From positions 39,954,423 through 40,018,422 of the forward strand of contig JARDVH010000106.1 in assembly GCA_030324005.1 (NCBI GenBank): DNA of 64,000 bases, written 5' to 3'. The translations under genes and the position numbers were made by a program. Below the pieces are notes generated by a model that saw nothing but the letters and a program-made list of their open reading frames with translations, made no database searches and was not told where the DNA came from. Positions 11,630 through 25,036 of the stretch are shown here, piece after piece. This DNA is from Negaprion brevirostris. Its lineage: Eukaryota. Position 1 is the stretch's first letter; every line of letters starts with the position of its first letter.

Positions 11630-14340
11630 CAGTGAAGTGTTTGAGTGTACTTCAACTGAATAAGACTCCAACCAAACAAGACATTTTTGTCCCTCATGAC
11701 AGCCAAGTAGGGTATGGTTTTGAATTTGTACCTTGTACTGAAGATGACCTCAAAATTGTACATCTCTAGTAAAAAGATTGCTCTGTAGCCTCCAGAACGA
11801 TTTTTTGTAAAGCAGGACCCAAAATAACTTTCATTATTTTCTAATTTTGTAAATGCCCTGTTTCTCTCATATGATGTTGGAAAATCATTTCTGAAGCCCG
11901 TATGAGACTCTTCAGTATTTCTATTCATTTAATCAACAGCTATAAACAACATTTTCCTCCCATCACCCAACCTCTCCACAGACAGCAATACCTTGTCATC
12001 TCAACAAAATGACAAAATAAACATTTTGTCTACTACTGAATGCAGCACAGCTTTAGGAAATCAGTGAGTGGAATGAATGGTGATGACATTTGTTCCAGTG
12101 ACAACCTTGGTTATAATAAATGATTTGACTTCAAGTTGCCTGTTTAAATGACAATCCATTGTCACAGATGCAAGTTTATTGGAATGAGTATAACAAATCC
12201 TGTTCCTATTTTACAATAAAATTGAGATGAACAAAATTTTTTTAGGAAATGTTCAATAAAGGAATTAAGTGGGGCTTAAGTTTTTCCCCAAGTAACCGTC
12301 TCTTTATTCTGCCTTTTATAAAGATCTTAAATAGAGACCTTGGATGTGAAATTTGGCTCTTGTGACTGCCTGTTTGCCTCCACTTTGTCCAACCACTCAA
12401 CATGAATTTCACACAAGTTTTCAGGTCAAGAGCAGCTTCTCTCAAAGTGAAAATGATTCCAAGAGGCTGATGATCTCCATGATAGGCGAGATTGTCAGTG
12501 TGAACAAACAACATGCCAGCAACCAGTGAGAAGCTATGCCTAGGCTTCAAATGCTAAGAAAAAAATCTTCTGCTACAAACTAAGGTAATATTATCAGTAA
12601 AATTTGGCCTAGGCAGAGGGGTCAGAGTGAATGTGGAAGGATTTTTGGTGAAGACATGTAAAAAAAAAAGTTTAAAGTGCCTGGTTTCAGTGGTGGAAGA
12701 AGATGGAAGTATGCAAATGAAAATTAAGCAATAGATTTGTTCTGATTGGAGTAATTAGAAGAGATGCAGTGGAGTGTTACATGGTAGAATAGTGCCACTG
12801 AAACTGAAAGGAAGAATCTATAAGACAGAAGTGAGACTGGACCTTAATATATTGGAGAAACCTGGGCATTTTTGGGAAGACAGGAAGAAACACTGGGTAC
12901 TACTCATATGGATGCTGAGGTGGATGCGCCACAAAATGAGAAAAGGCAAACTCAGGAACCAGTGCATCAGGGAGTTGGTGAAGATTGTGACAGCATCAAA
13001 GAAAATAGCAGAGAAGAGATAAAAATTATATGATCATCTGTTGTGGAGAAACAGAGACCATGTGGTGAGGTGAGTGATAGAGATGGGGCTGCTAAGAAGA
13101 GGAGGAGAAAGGCCTAAGTACAGCTGGAAAAATGCAGTGGCAAGAAATTTAAGCACAGCAGGATTGGAAAACGAATGACTGACAGAAGGAGATGAAAAGG
13201 TGTGATTAATCAGTATTGTGGTGACCCCAAACAAGATGGGAGAAGCCAAAAGAAAGAAGAGAAGCAAATTTGGATATTTAAATGCAAGTCAATTTTAAAA
13301 GGCCATTTGACTTGTTTTATTTTCAAAATAGTTCAATGTGACCTAATTGATGACAAAATGAAGCCAGGCAAATTACTGACTATGGCAAACATATGCTAAG
13401 AGGAAGTTAAGTACAAGAAAAAGTGGACATTCTTCAATCAAACAGCAAAACAAATCATGAAATAAGTTACTGCCAAACTCCACTTGAAGGGTGTCTGTAC
13501 AAGTTTGAGCAGGGAATAATTAGAAAGATTTTTGAAAAAGAAAAATCAAGAAACAATTAGATGGCAGGAGAAAGAATTGATTTTCATGGGGACAAAACAA
13601 GTTTATTGCTGNNNNNNNNNNNNNNNNNNNNNNNNNNNNNNNNNNNNNNAACTCTTCTTCGTGTTTCCTCCGGGTTTAATGATCCATTACCAAAATCACA
13701 GGAATGTGTGGCTGTGACACATCCAATTTCACACTGGAATCTCATTAATGAATCACTTATGAAGAAAGAAAGCATTCTCCTAATTTCATTAGAGTTTTTA
13801 TGCAGGAGAGGGAAAAATAAATCTGAAATGGAGAGATGCAAAAACAAGGCCTGTATAATTTATTTTCAAGATAAATATGATTAAAATCTACTTCCAATCT
13901 ATGGAAATGGATTTAGTAGTGCAAATAGTATTGTTGCGTTTACGGGGAGATCAACTCACCCCAATTTTAATCTGCAAGCCCAGGGATATGTACCTGATAA
14001 TGACCCAGGATAACTCTCTTTACAGGTTTTGGGTCAACACAGAGACAGGGGTGGAGATGAACTATCTCCTGTACAGGCAATCAGGGTCACTCCCAACTAT
14101 TATGTTTCCACCTCTTCCCAGGCGATAATAGGGTCCCATCTGTCCGAGTCAGTTTTTTCTGCCCTCAAGTAGCTAGCATCNNNNNNNNNNTCATTCCCAC
14201 CCTACATACAAATCATGGCACAAACTCTTCTCTTGAGCTGAATTAATGACAGCAACTATGACAGCAACTATGCTGAGAAATGGAAAGATGGCAAGGTCTT
14301 TGCTGATATAAGAGTGATTGAACAAATTAGGAGCATTCAC
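11630..14340 (+). pseudogene. Paramyxovirus-like L gene relic R3, split by an RTE LINE
   Basis: LSVLQLN, LINSYKQHFPPITQPLH (11929-11979; cf. [21 protein letters not shown]), KRLMISMIG, FCYKLR..IIS (12568-12598; motif B), IVQCD (13328-13342; motif C), FGS-T (~14030; GxxT), NMAQTL (cf. NLAHRL). Confidence 0.8.
12600..13265 (+). mobile_element. RTE-clade LINE 3' fragment
   Basis: VPLKLKGRIYKT.VR...MLRWM...RN..IR...K..EKR, the typical RTE C-terminus. Confidence 0.85.
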
Positions 14341-14341
14341 A

Positions 14342-15775
14342 CTGTTAGGATCCCTGTAGGGACTCAAAGATATTTGAATTCAGTGACCAACTTAAAATGA
14401 ACCTTATGATAAGATTACAAGTTTAAGACTGTTACAATAGCAAACAAAAGCAATATCAACTAATCATTACTTAGTAGGCAACTAATACTCTAACTACAGA
14501 AATGATAATCCTTACTAACGTCTTAAGGTAACTGATAACCCCACACCGCATACATATACTTATAGCACACTTTCCATAAAATTACAGTCCATTCAGGAAA
14601 CAGTCCAAGTCATTTTCAGCTTTCATTGGGTCACCTCTGTTTTTCCAAGTTCTAAAGTCTTGTGACTGCTTAACGTCCCTTTCCCCTCAATCTTCTGAGA
14701 ATTTCTGAACTGACTCAGCAGTTAATTTCTTCTCCTGGCCTCGTTAGGATAAAAACTCCAGCAGCTGTAAATTGTTGCGAGTTCTTTTTCTCTGACCAGC
14801 TGGCTAATCCTCAGCTTTCTGCCTGGTAGCCAGAGAAAACACTGGCTATTGTTTGGTCTCTTGAAATGTCTGATTCCCTCTCTAGGTCGCCCAGCTTTTC
14901 TCTTCAAGGTTGTTTCTTCTATACAAACACAGGTTATTGTTATTCTCTGTGCATCCTGTACATTTGTACAAAAGAGGTCAGTGGATTTCTACACACACAT
15001 TGGACCTAGCAGGGTCAAAAATTACTCCAAAGTATTACGGAGCAGATTAGAACCCCAAGGTATATTGTGAAGTTAGACTAGACCCCAACTACTTTTTTAT
15101 TTGGCATTAGTCTCGGGAGAAGATATTTCATTCCAGGGGTGGTTCTATTGACACACTAAGAAGCTTTTATCAAAAAAGCTTTACTTTAATAATATAGTTT
15201 ACATTTAATGACTGAATTAGCTTAACTTTTATTAATTAAGATACTTTAACATGACAAATGCAATTCTTAACTGCTAACCTATCTCCATTAGTTCCAATTT
15301 AAGTAATATTCCCCTAAACTAAAACTCCTCTTCAAAAAAGTTAGGCTTTTTTAAAATTCATTAATAGTTCTAGAGCATAGTCTCGATCACATGACTGCTG
15401 ATTGATCGACATTTTTCTTCTCACAAATGATGAGCTGTTGTTGACAGTACTGCAGTTTATATTCAGTTAATTTCAACAACTTAGGAACAGGTTCCAAGGA
15501 AGTCAACTTTTCTTGCAACTGTCTCCATGCCTGCTTTCTTTCCTTATTCACATCATCTTTCAGTAACTCATTCTCCTTTTGATCGAGACTTTTGGCTGCT
15601 ACATCTCAGACTGAGCAAATGTCAGCTTCTCCTTCTGAACCTGTGCCAGCTTGAGCAGATTCAATGTATACAATATTGCTCAAGTGGAATAGCATTGTCT
15701 CTGCCTATATCATGCACAATTACTTCAGTGCTTCCTAGTTTATTCCCACATATCTCTCCATGTGATTGTAATAAC
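14342..15775. mobile_element. Probable solo-LTR-like sequences
   Basis: TGTTAG start at ~14343; a second unit is bounded by TATTAC (15033) and GTAATA (15773). No TSD was confirmed. Confidence 0.35.
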
Positions 15776-15789
15776 TCTTTTAGGTCACA

Positions 15790-16228
15790 CTGATTTTCCT
15801 CTGGATGGAAACTCATGCAGACAGGAGGAGAACATGCAAACTCCACACAAGACAATCACCCAAGGCACAGCGTTTAGCACTGCTGCTCACAGCGCCAGAG
15901 ACGCTGGTTTAATTCTGGCCTTGAATCATTATCTGTGTGGAGTTTACACGTTCTCCCAGTGGGTTTCTTCTGGTTTCATCCCACATTCCAAAGATGTGCA
16001 GGTTAGGTCAATTGGCCATGCTAAATTGCCCCTTTGTGTCAGGGAGATTAGCAGGGTAAATACATTGGGTTAAGGGGAATAGGGCTTGAATTTTTGTTGA
16101 TGCAGGCTTGAAGGATCAAATAGCCTCTTTCTGCACTGTACGGATTTTATGATTCCAAGGCTGGAATTGAACCTGGATGCCTGGCACTGTAAGGCAGCAG
16201 TGCTAACCATTCTGCCACCGTGCCATCC
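15790..16228. mobile_element. HE1 SINE (+, ~15862-16152) nested in an older HE1 SINE (-)
   Basis: Minus-copy head at 16228-16155 continues at 15861-15790; ccaag flanks the inner copy on both sides. Confidence 0.85.
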
Positions 16229-17640
16229 TAATGTATGTATCATCGTATACATATATCTTATGTACACGTGAATCCTGCATGCTTGGTATGGGAAGAAAAC
16301 AGCTTTGACTTTGTTTCTAGGGAAATGAAAGTTATGAGATGTTTATTTTTAGGTGAAGACAGTTAGCCTGGGGTAAGGGCCTCAACTGGGCAGATACATG
16401 AATGAGTAGCCAAGTTACAGAACAATATTAGAATTGTCTCTTAACCTTGCTTAATAAAGATGCTTGCCAAAGTGTCTTAGTTAATCAGTTTAGAAGTTTA
16501 ATTTAGTGGACAGGATGATTCATCCAATGGTTCAATAGTCTGATAAGGGATTAGATGTGAGCAAGATGGGTGTGTCATGAATAGCTCTAGGCATAAACAA
16601 ATGAAATGTCATAAGGGATATTGAAACTATTCAAGGGAACAGGACAGGATGAAGTTAGGGAAACCATCCTGAGCATAATGCAAGAAAATAATTGTGTTTA
16701 GGTTAAGAAAATGAACTTTGCCCGATTATGAAAGATGTAGGCCTTTATTCCACAGCTTAAAGAATCCAACACATTATCTTGTATCAATGGGAACCTTTAA
16801 TAGGACAATGAGTTTGGTCATTATGAACCACAGATACACCCTCAAAAACACACAGAAGTTTTTGAAATGGTTTCACTGTAGCAGAAGGGAAATAATCTAT
16901 GCTGACGTGGTCAAACAGTCTTGGGAACTTTGAAAAGTTCAAGAGGTTTAGCACCAAAGAGAATGTGAAAAGGAAGAAGTATTTGGCAGACCAGCCATCC
17001 TGTCTGACTAGTATTTGCACAGGCTACTTGTTGCAATATGTTTTTGCTGCACATCGAATGTGTAATAATTTTTTTTAATATACCCATACAGTGGTTGCAG
17101 TTGATGCTGATTAGTAACAACATTGCTGATGATTGAGTTAGATTGAAGGGGCAATAATTGACCAGCTTGGACAGGAAATAGCTGGGTAATTTTCCACTAA
17201 TCAGGTAGATGTTCCATTATAGCTGTACTGAAAAAGCTCAGGTGAGAGATCCCTGACTCAATTGAAATTGATAGTGATTTGGAGAGGGGAGGGGATGTGA
17301 TAGGCAATAGTGCGTAAACAGATGTCATAGCCCCAATCTAAGAAACAATCAGTTCCCCAGCAATTTATGGGGGGGTGGGGTAGGCAATAGTGCATAAACC
17401 AAAGTCATAATCCCAACCCATGCATCAACTAGTTCCCCAGTCTACTCAGGCTGTATATTGACTTTAACCAATTGAACAGATGGTAGAATTGGGTGTGGGC
17501 CACCATTAATAGTCTACCATTTATCCCCTTCTACTTTTTCACATTCATGCTGAACCTCACTGACATCACCTCCAGCCATGGAACCAACCTCCACATGTCT
17601 GTTCTCTAGTTCTTAACCTTTTCATCACCTTTTTTGGCCT

Positions 17641-17904
17641 CTTGTGGTGAAGGATCCGCTTGGGGAGAGTGATCATTGTATGGTGGAGTTTCTGGTGCAG
17701 ATGGAGGAGGAGAAAGTGGGTTCCCGGACNNNNNNNNNNNNNNNNNNNNNNNNNNNNNNNNNNNNNNNNNNNNNNNNNNNNNNNNNNNNNNNNNNNNNNN
17801 NNNNNNNNNNNNNNNNNNNNNNNNNNNNNGGGCAGGCTCGAAGGGCTAGATGGCCTACTCCTGCTCCTATTTCTTATGTTCTTATGTTCTTATGTTCTTA
17901 TGTT
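17641..17904 (+). mobile_element. Young CR1 insertion collapsed into an N gap
   Basis: VKDPLGESDHCMVEF (endonuclease SDH motif) before the gap; 3' end with (ttcttatg)n tail after it. Confidence 0.85.
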
Positions 17905-18019
17905 CAAGTATCTGTGTGCTTTCTGGTTACCTGTCCAATATCAGATCATGGATAAGTCACAATTTCCTCAGGTTTAAAGTTAGGAAAACCAAAGCAATTA
18001 ATTTCAGCTCCAGGATTGT

Positions 18020-20130
18020 AGCAATGGAGAAAATTTCAGAGCTGGGGAAGGCAAGGCTGTAAAGGAATTTGAACACAAAAGATAAAAATGCTACATTCAA
18101 GACATGGCGGTTTGGGCACCACATGGGACATTGAGGTCAGGGTGATGGATAAGCAGTCTATGATACTGGCTTTGAGTTTTGACTGAGATGAAATTCATTG
18201 GAAGATAGAGTATAGGATGCTCAGCAAGAGAATATGGAAGTAAATTGAGTCTAGGAGCTGATAACAATATGAATTTGGATCTCCAAAGATTAACTAATGC
18301 AGAGATGGTGGTTTGAATATTAGTGGTAGATGAACCTGGTGGTGTCAGCAGGCTTTATTATAGAGAGTGGATATGGAATTAGAAGTTTGGCTTGGTGTCA
18401 AGTAGAATGCTGAAGTGGTCTTGATCATCCTGTAACAGAGGTGGATGGAGTCAGTGTTTAATAACCATAGCTTAAGTCTTCCTAGTTATTTATTTATAAG
18501 CTGAGAATTGTCCAGGACTGAACGACTGGATGTCATCAGTATACATGAAAAAGTTAACTACATTCTGTGAGTGATGTTAAAACAGCAGCATGTAGACAAG
18601 GAAAGGAGATCAAGAATGAGTCCTAGGGCATTCCCAAGATGATGAGGGCAAGAAGATAGGTACCAACAGAACTAAGGGAAACAGTTCCACAAGAGAGGTT
18701 TTGTAAGTGCAAGTATAGCCCACAGTGTCCAAGACTGTAGAGGTTGAAGATGATGAGTAGCAATAATGCACCATGTTCACAGTCACAGGTAATGTTGTCT
18801 GGGACTTTCCTTAGAGTTGTATTGATGATGCATGGGGGATTCAAACAGGAGAGTTGTGGGAAGGTGGACATGGATTTGGAAAATAACAATGTATTCAAGG
18901 ACTTGAGAGAAAAGTGAAGTTGGAACAGAAGCAAGGACAGGGATTGCCAAGAGAGATGCTGCTTGAGAAAAGAGAGCAATTAACAATGCCAGAGGGAGAT
19001 GAAGTGGGTCATTTATGGCACTGGATTCAAAACAGAGCAGGAGGTGAATCTTATGGACAAGATGGGCTTGTAGAGAGGAGCACAAAAAGAGGCAGCTTAT
19101 AGAAGAGAAACCAGAAAGTCTGAGGTTTGCGGCTCTGTACATAAGACCTAGAGAGATGTTTGGCTAAATAGACAAAAGTTTGAACAGAAACCAACATGGG
19201 TAAAAATAAATGCTTACGATCTGTGGACTATTGCTAGATCCCAAAATGAAAGTGGCAAGTCAGAGGGCTTTTAGGAGGCAGTCAGTAGTGAAAAAAAGCT
19301 GAAAAATATATTTTGTTCTTGAGGATAATCTTAAGAGTGGTGAACAGTTTTGGCAAAGAAGAAAGACCTGATGGAGCTTGATGTGATACTGCTGGGTAGG
19401 TAATGAGTGGCTGAAAATGGGTGTGTACCACTTACATTCAAGATTTCTTCATAGGTGGAGGAAACAGGAATGGCAGTTCAACTGAGGTGGAGGATGTGGC
19501 GGGGGCGGGGGCAGAGAGAGAGAGAGAGAGAGAAAAAAGGGGGTGGGGGGCGGGTAGGGGAAGGGAAGAGGAGGGTTCAGAATCTTCTGCTGGGCCAGAT
19601 GAGAAGGAAGCATGTTTGGGAGGGGCATATGGGTGAGAGATATAAGGATGGTATTAGAGATGACCTTGCTGTGATCTGAGCAACATGAATTATGAAGCTA
19701 TAAGAATTGATGAGGTTGTCCAATGGAATCAGAGGGTCAAGAAGGTGCAGAGAGTTGACCATGAGTGAAGAGGAGCACGATAGCTTCAGCATAAATGAAA
19801 ACCCAAAGCCCAAAACAAGACAGACGAGGGAGCTGGGGGGGATAAGGCAGCCATTGATGAAAACAGTGCAGACAGGGGAGCTAGACAGGAAAGTTGCTGT
19901 AGGGCAGGGCAGAGCAGACAAGATCAGCAGTAGGAACATGAGGACACAGTCTAGCAAATGACAATGAAGGAGTTCTGAAGGATGAATGAAGCGTAGTAGC
20001 CATGTAAAGACAAGCAGAGATCATTCAGCAACATGGAAAACAGCAGAAAGGAGATCAGGGGTTGGCCCAGTGTGGAGTGAAATGTCTCAGGTGAGAAGCA
20101 GAAATGGAGATCCCAGAAGCATTTCAATAG
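18020..20130 (-). mobile_element. Decayed L2 LINE
   Basis: NTTLRKVPDNITCDCEHGALLLLIIF matches the L2 RT segment TETAL.KVTNDI..D.G..S.L.LLD. Confidence 0.75.
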
Positions 20131-20529
20131 AGAATACAGCTAATACGCTAGACCCGCTCTGTTCAAGTACTATTTCTTCAGAATGGCTACTGAAGACAAG
20201 TTCTGGCGGAATATCAAAGTTCTACTCCAGGAGTCTAAATTTCACCTTGCACAAACTTTTTTGTAGTAATTCTTTTGCAGCAGCATGTTAACATTTTATC
20301 ATGGAGATTCAGTTTGGGTTATTGATGGCGTCACCAGGTAGCGAATGCAAGCAATTTTGCTGGTGGCAAATGGAGAATAATATTCAAAAAATAAGAAATC
20401 TGCTGTAAAATCTAAATATAAAAGAACTGACCTTTCAATTTATGTAAATTAAAACATGGGTTGATATCTGTCTGATCTTGGTAGTTGAAAATAGCTCAAA
20501 ATTGTCTTAGATGAATTGATGAGGGTGTT

Positions 20530-20644
20530 GGGTGGATTTTCCAGCTGTGCTTGCCCCACAACTGGAAAATTCCACCTGAGGTCAATGGACCATTGCATGG
20601 TCCGCTACGATTCCTGAGGTGGGCAGGATGGGAAAATTCCACCC
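20530..20644. mobile_element. Short MITE
   Basis: Terminal inverted repeats GGGTGGATTTTCC ... GGAAAATTCCACCC. Confidence 0.65.
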
Positions 20645-20879
20645 ATTGTTTGAAAATCTTTCNNNNNNNNNNNNNNNNNNNNNNNNNNNNNNNNNNNNNN
20701 NNNNNNNNNNNGGGCGGGTGTGGATGGTTCACCAGAGCTGGGAGTGCTGGGGCCAGAACTAGAATTAAAAGTTGAAGAAAGCAAGCAAGCTTAAAAAGTA
20801 CTTAAAAACACTTAGCTGTCACTGAACCAAGAGCAGATTTCATGACAGCTCATGACAAAGGGGATATGGCTTTTCTGGA

Positions 20880-21227
20880 CTTGTGTTGCCCCACAGACCT
20901 CCCTACTCACCGCAACAATGAATCGATGCTGCAGCCAGGAGAGCAAGTTCTCCCTTGAGCCATGAGGAAAGTAGGAACACAATTTACGATGCAGCCTTCA
21001 CATCACTACAGACTACAAATCTGGGTTGATTGATCTCTGTCCTTGAGTATGACTTCCCTTGGTAACAGACAGTGGCCTGCCCACCTAACCCTCATTACCT
21101 GAGCCTTTTATAAGGCAGACCCGGGATTGGGCCTGCTGACCTGTAGGGACAAGTGCACGTACACTTTTTACTTTGCATTCTTGAATAAACTGAGTTCTTT
21201 TCCAACCGGGCTTCCTGAGTCATTACA
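20880..21227 (+). mobile_element. Possible solo LTR
   Basis: TTTATAA box (~21108), AATAAA (21184) and ...CATTACA end; 5' end unclear. Confidence 0.4.
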
Positions 21228-21479
21228 CCATAAAGCTTGAGGCTCATTGCTGGAAAGCATAGAGAAAGTCTCTGTCTGCACTTGTCTCCCTTAAAATTAT
21301 TTAAGGTTGTAACAGTGCAAAGGCAAGGATCTCATCATCATTAGTGAAAAAAAGAGACTAGTGAGGGATCATCTGAACTTGAGATTTCTGTTTGAAGTTC
21401 AAGTAGAAATACTACAATATCAATATGTGTTGAATTGCCTGAGATGAAGTTAATCGACTGGTATTGAAAGAGGAAAATC

Positions 21480-21992
21480 CTTGCATTGGAAGCAGTTCGG
21501 AGAAAGTTCAGTACGTGGATTGCTGGAGTGAGGGCTTTGCCTTATGTGGAAAGGTTCAAAAGATTAGGTTTATGTTCATTGGAGTTTGGAAGAATGAGGG
21601 GTGATCTTACTGAAGCATCAGATCCTGAAGGGGCCTGATAGGGTAGATGTTGAGAGGATGTTTCCCATCACGGGGGAATCTCGAACAGGGTGGTGAGAAG
21701 TAACACAGTTTCAAAATAAAGGGTCTCCCTTTATGAGGAGGGATTTCTTCTCGGAGGCTGGCTTATAGTTGGAATTCTCTTTTCCACAGCGTACTGGAGG
21801 CTGGCTCATTGAATATATTCAGGGCTGAGTCAGGCAGATTTTTGATTAACTAGGGGGTCATGGGTAGGATGGTGATTGGGCAGTATAGACAGGAAGGTGA
21901 AGTTAAGGCCACAAGGAGGCATGATCTTATTGAATGGTGGAGTAGGTTCAAGAGGCCAAATGGCTTACATGTGCTCCTTTTTCTTATGCTCT
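21480..21992 (+). mobile_element. CR1 LINE 3' fragment
   Basis: LEAVRRKF..., RMRGDL, and 3' UTR ending ttcttatgctctta. Confidence 0.8.
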
Positions 21993-24504
21993 TATTTAAG
22001 TACTATCACTACACAGGTCAACAAGGAAGATTACAAATTAATCTGTAAACTATTTAAAAAACATAGGGTAATAAGAAACGATTAACCAATCCACATCAAA
22101 CCTTATTCAATGTTCTTGGCTTACACAATAGTCAGCAGATCGGATAGCAAGTTAAAAGAAGCAGGACAGCAGTTCTAGTGTGGAGTTTTGTAAGGAAGAC
22201 ATATGAACAGTTGGGGAATAGAGGGATACAGGTAGTTGGTCTCGATAGGGCAACGTGATCTGTGCAGGCTTGGGGGACCGAAGGGCCTGTTGCTGTGCTG
22301 TACTGTTCTTTGTTCTTTGAAGTGGAAAGGGAAAAATGATTGGCTTTGAGTGTATATTAAGTGTACCAGGCTCAAAAACATATGCTACTATGTGAATTAT
22401 TTGCCCACCCATTTGGAAAGGTAGTATACTGACTGTAGATAATCTGACTTATTCACTACACATTGCAATAATGAACTTCTTTCTTGTACTCCAAATCAGC
22501 TCATTACAGCAACAATACCAGCATCCGTAATCTTCCTCAAAACATAGTTGGGATGATGCTGCATCATTTCTTTAAATGGTTGCAGACAAAAACCCCAAAT
22601 ATCCTTCACAATCTATGCTTCAAATTATTAATTCTATAGGTTTTGTGTCAATGTGTCGTCTTGTATTTTTTTGAAAAGAATGATACATCTACTGATAAAA
22701 TGTTCAAAGACATTAAGCTAATTTTAAAGATTGCATTGCTGTTATTTCAAATAGAGCACATAAGGCCAAAGGAAGCAATTACTAAATATAATAGAACCTG
22801 TTGTCACTGAGTGGATACTGAGAAGAACAGGCATAGCTAATATACATTTTAGCACATCTGTAGCAAGCTTCAAGGCAATATTATTTGACAGCAGTTTCCA
22901 GGCAACTGCCTATTGCCAGCGTCATTAGAGCAGATTTGTCCTTGTAGGTGTTATTCATTCATTTATTATGTATGCTTCTATCATTTCTTATTATGGGATC
23001 AAAAAAATGAAATGTGTCAAATGATTTTAAGATTCACGCTTCCAAAATAAGGAGCTGAGGTAGACAAGATGTGTTATACATCTTGAGATAATGACCTTGA
23101 CTGTCACCCTTGAGGCTGGTAGAGGGAGTCAGAAAAACTCCTGGTTGAGGAGCAAGTCCCTGCCAAGACAGCATCTTCATTGCTGAGGGCTGGGTGCAAA
23201 CTGCAGTCAGGCCAGCCAACAGGAAGATGTGTGGAGGTGGGTGTGGAAGTGGCTTATTTAAATGGCCAGCCTCAATGCCGTAAGATTTTATCCAAGTTAA
23301 AACCAAAGACCCTCCATCTTTCACCTCTTCTTTACGCTCCAAGCACTCACGTCCCATCCACCCCCTCAAGTCCCCATTCCAGGCTCTGTTCTTCCACCCA
23401 TCCCTCATGTCTCCTCATGGCCTCTATGACATTTTTATATCAGAGATTTATNNNNNNNNNNAATACATTTTTAAAAATGTCTTCCACATAAAACTTCACA
23501 TTGCAATGTTCCGAACGTACACTTTCTAGAACCAGTGGACATGGAAGTATCAGAGCTGGGCACAGGAGGCATGAGGTGAATAGAAAGGTAAAGTTTGGCA
23601 TAGGGGATGATTGGAAAACAGAGCCTGATATGGGAATGAGTGACCTGAGGGGATGGAATTTGGTATGGAGGCATGAATGAGATCTTTTGAACTTAACTTT
23701 TTAATAGATCCCCTCACGCACACAACGATTCATGACGTCACTGAAGGGCTGTAACCACAAATTTTTAAAAACTGGTAGGATATGTCTATCCCCTTAAGGA
23801 AGCTAGCCAGGTCAGGAGTGCTGGATGTGGGCTCCTGATAGGAAGAAGCCCAGCGCCAGCTTTAAAGGCACTCTTTAAAATTGCATAACCTGGGAATTGG
23901 GTTGGGAATCCTGGAATCTGGACACACTTGCCATGTTTAAAGGGCTACCAAATCAACCCGATTTGGTGAAAATCTGGGCCATTAAATCTTTCCAATTAAA
24001 GCAGACAACACTGAGGTGTGTGTTTTATCCATTAAGTATACTTCTACAACAATATATTTTATTTTTGTTCCCATTGCATCTTATTTGCTCAGGAGATTTT
24101 AATTCTGTTCTGCAGCTTTCCCATCTAGTTACAACTTTGTTGCAAGGTGCTTTTCTTAGCATGCTATGTACATTCTCTTGTGAATTAACTTAACTCTCAA
24201 ATCTCCTGCTCTTGTAGTAATCACTAAAAGATGCATAAAAGAGGACTGGATTACACGTTCCATCTGTGGTAATGTATCTAGCCCGTATTTACAATTTGCT
24301 GAAAACTGTACATAAACTAGGCTGACCAGCCTTCTGCTCATTTTTCTTTCCCCATTTATGAAAACAATAAGTGCACCAGCCACAAAAAGGTATCTTGTGT
24401 TACTATGTGAATACATAGTCTAAGTGCAAATTGAATTTATTGTATTGGCTGTCAATGCTCCTGCCAATTTACCAGGTAAACCAATATTTCCCTCATTTCA
24501 CTCA

Positions 24505-25036
<532 letters not shown>

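Larger units (their letters stand above)
20150..24300 (+). pseudogene. Paramyxovirus-like L gene relic R4
   Basis: FWRNIK, LEAHCWKA*RKSLSA (21236; cf. LEA..A.KVRKSMCA), PYSMFLAY..VS (22101; cf. DPYNMIMYVVS), HFFKWLQ (22565-22585; cf. FFQWLH), TIYASN (cf. TIYVSD), KAILFDS..QA. A CR-IV-like continuation to ~24300 is tentative. Confidence 0.7.
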
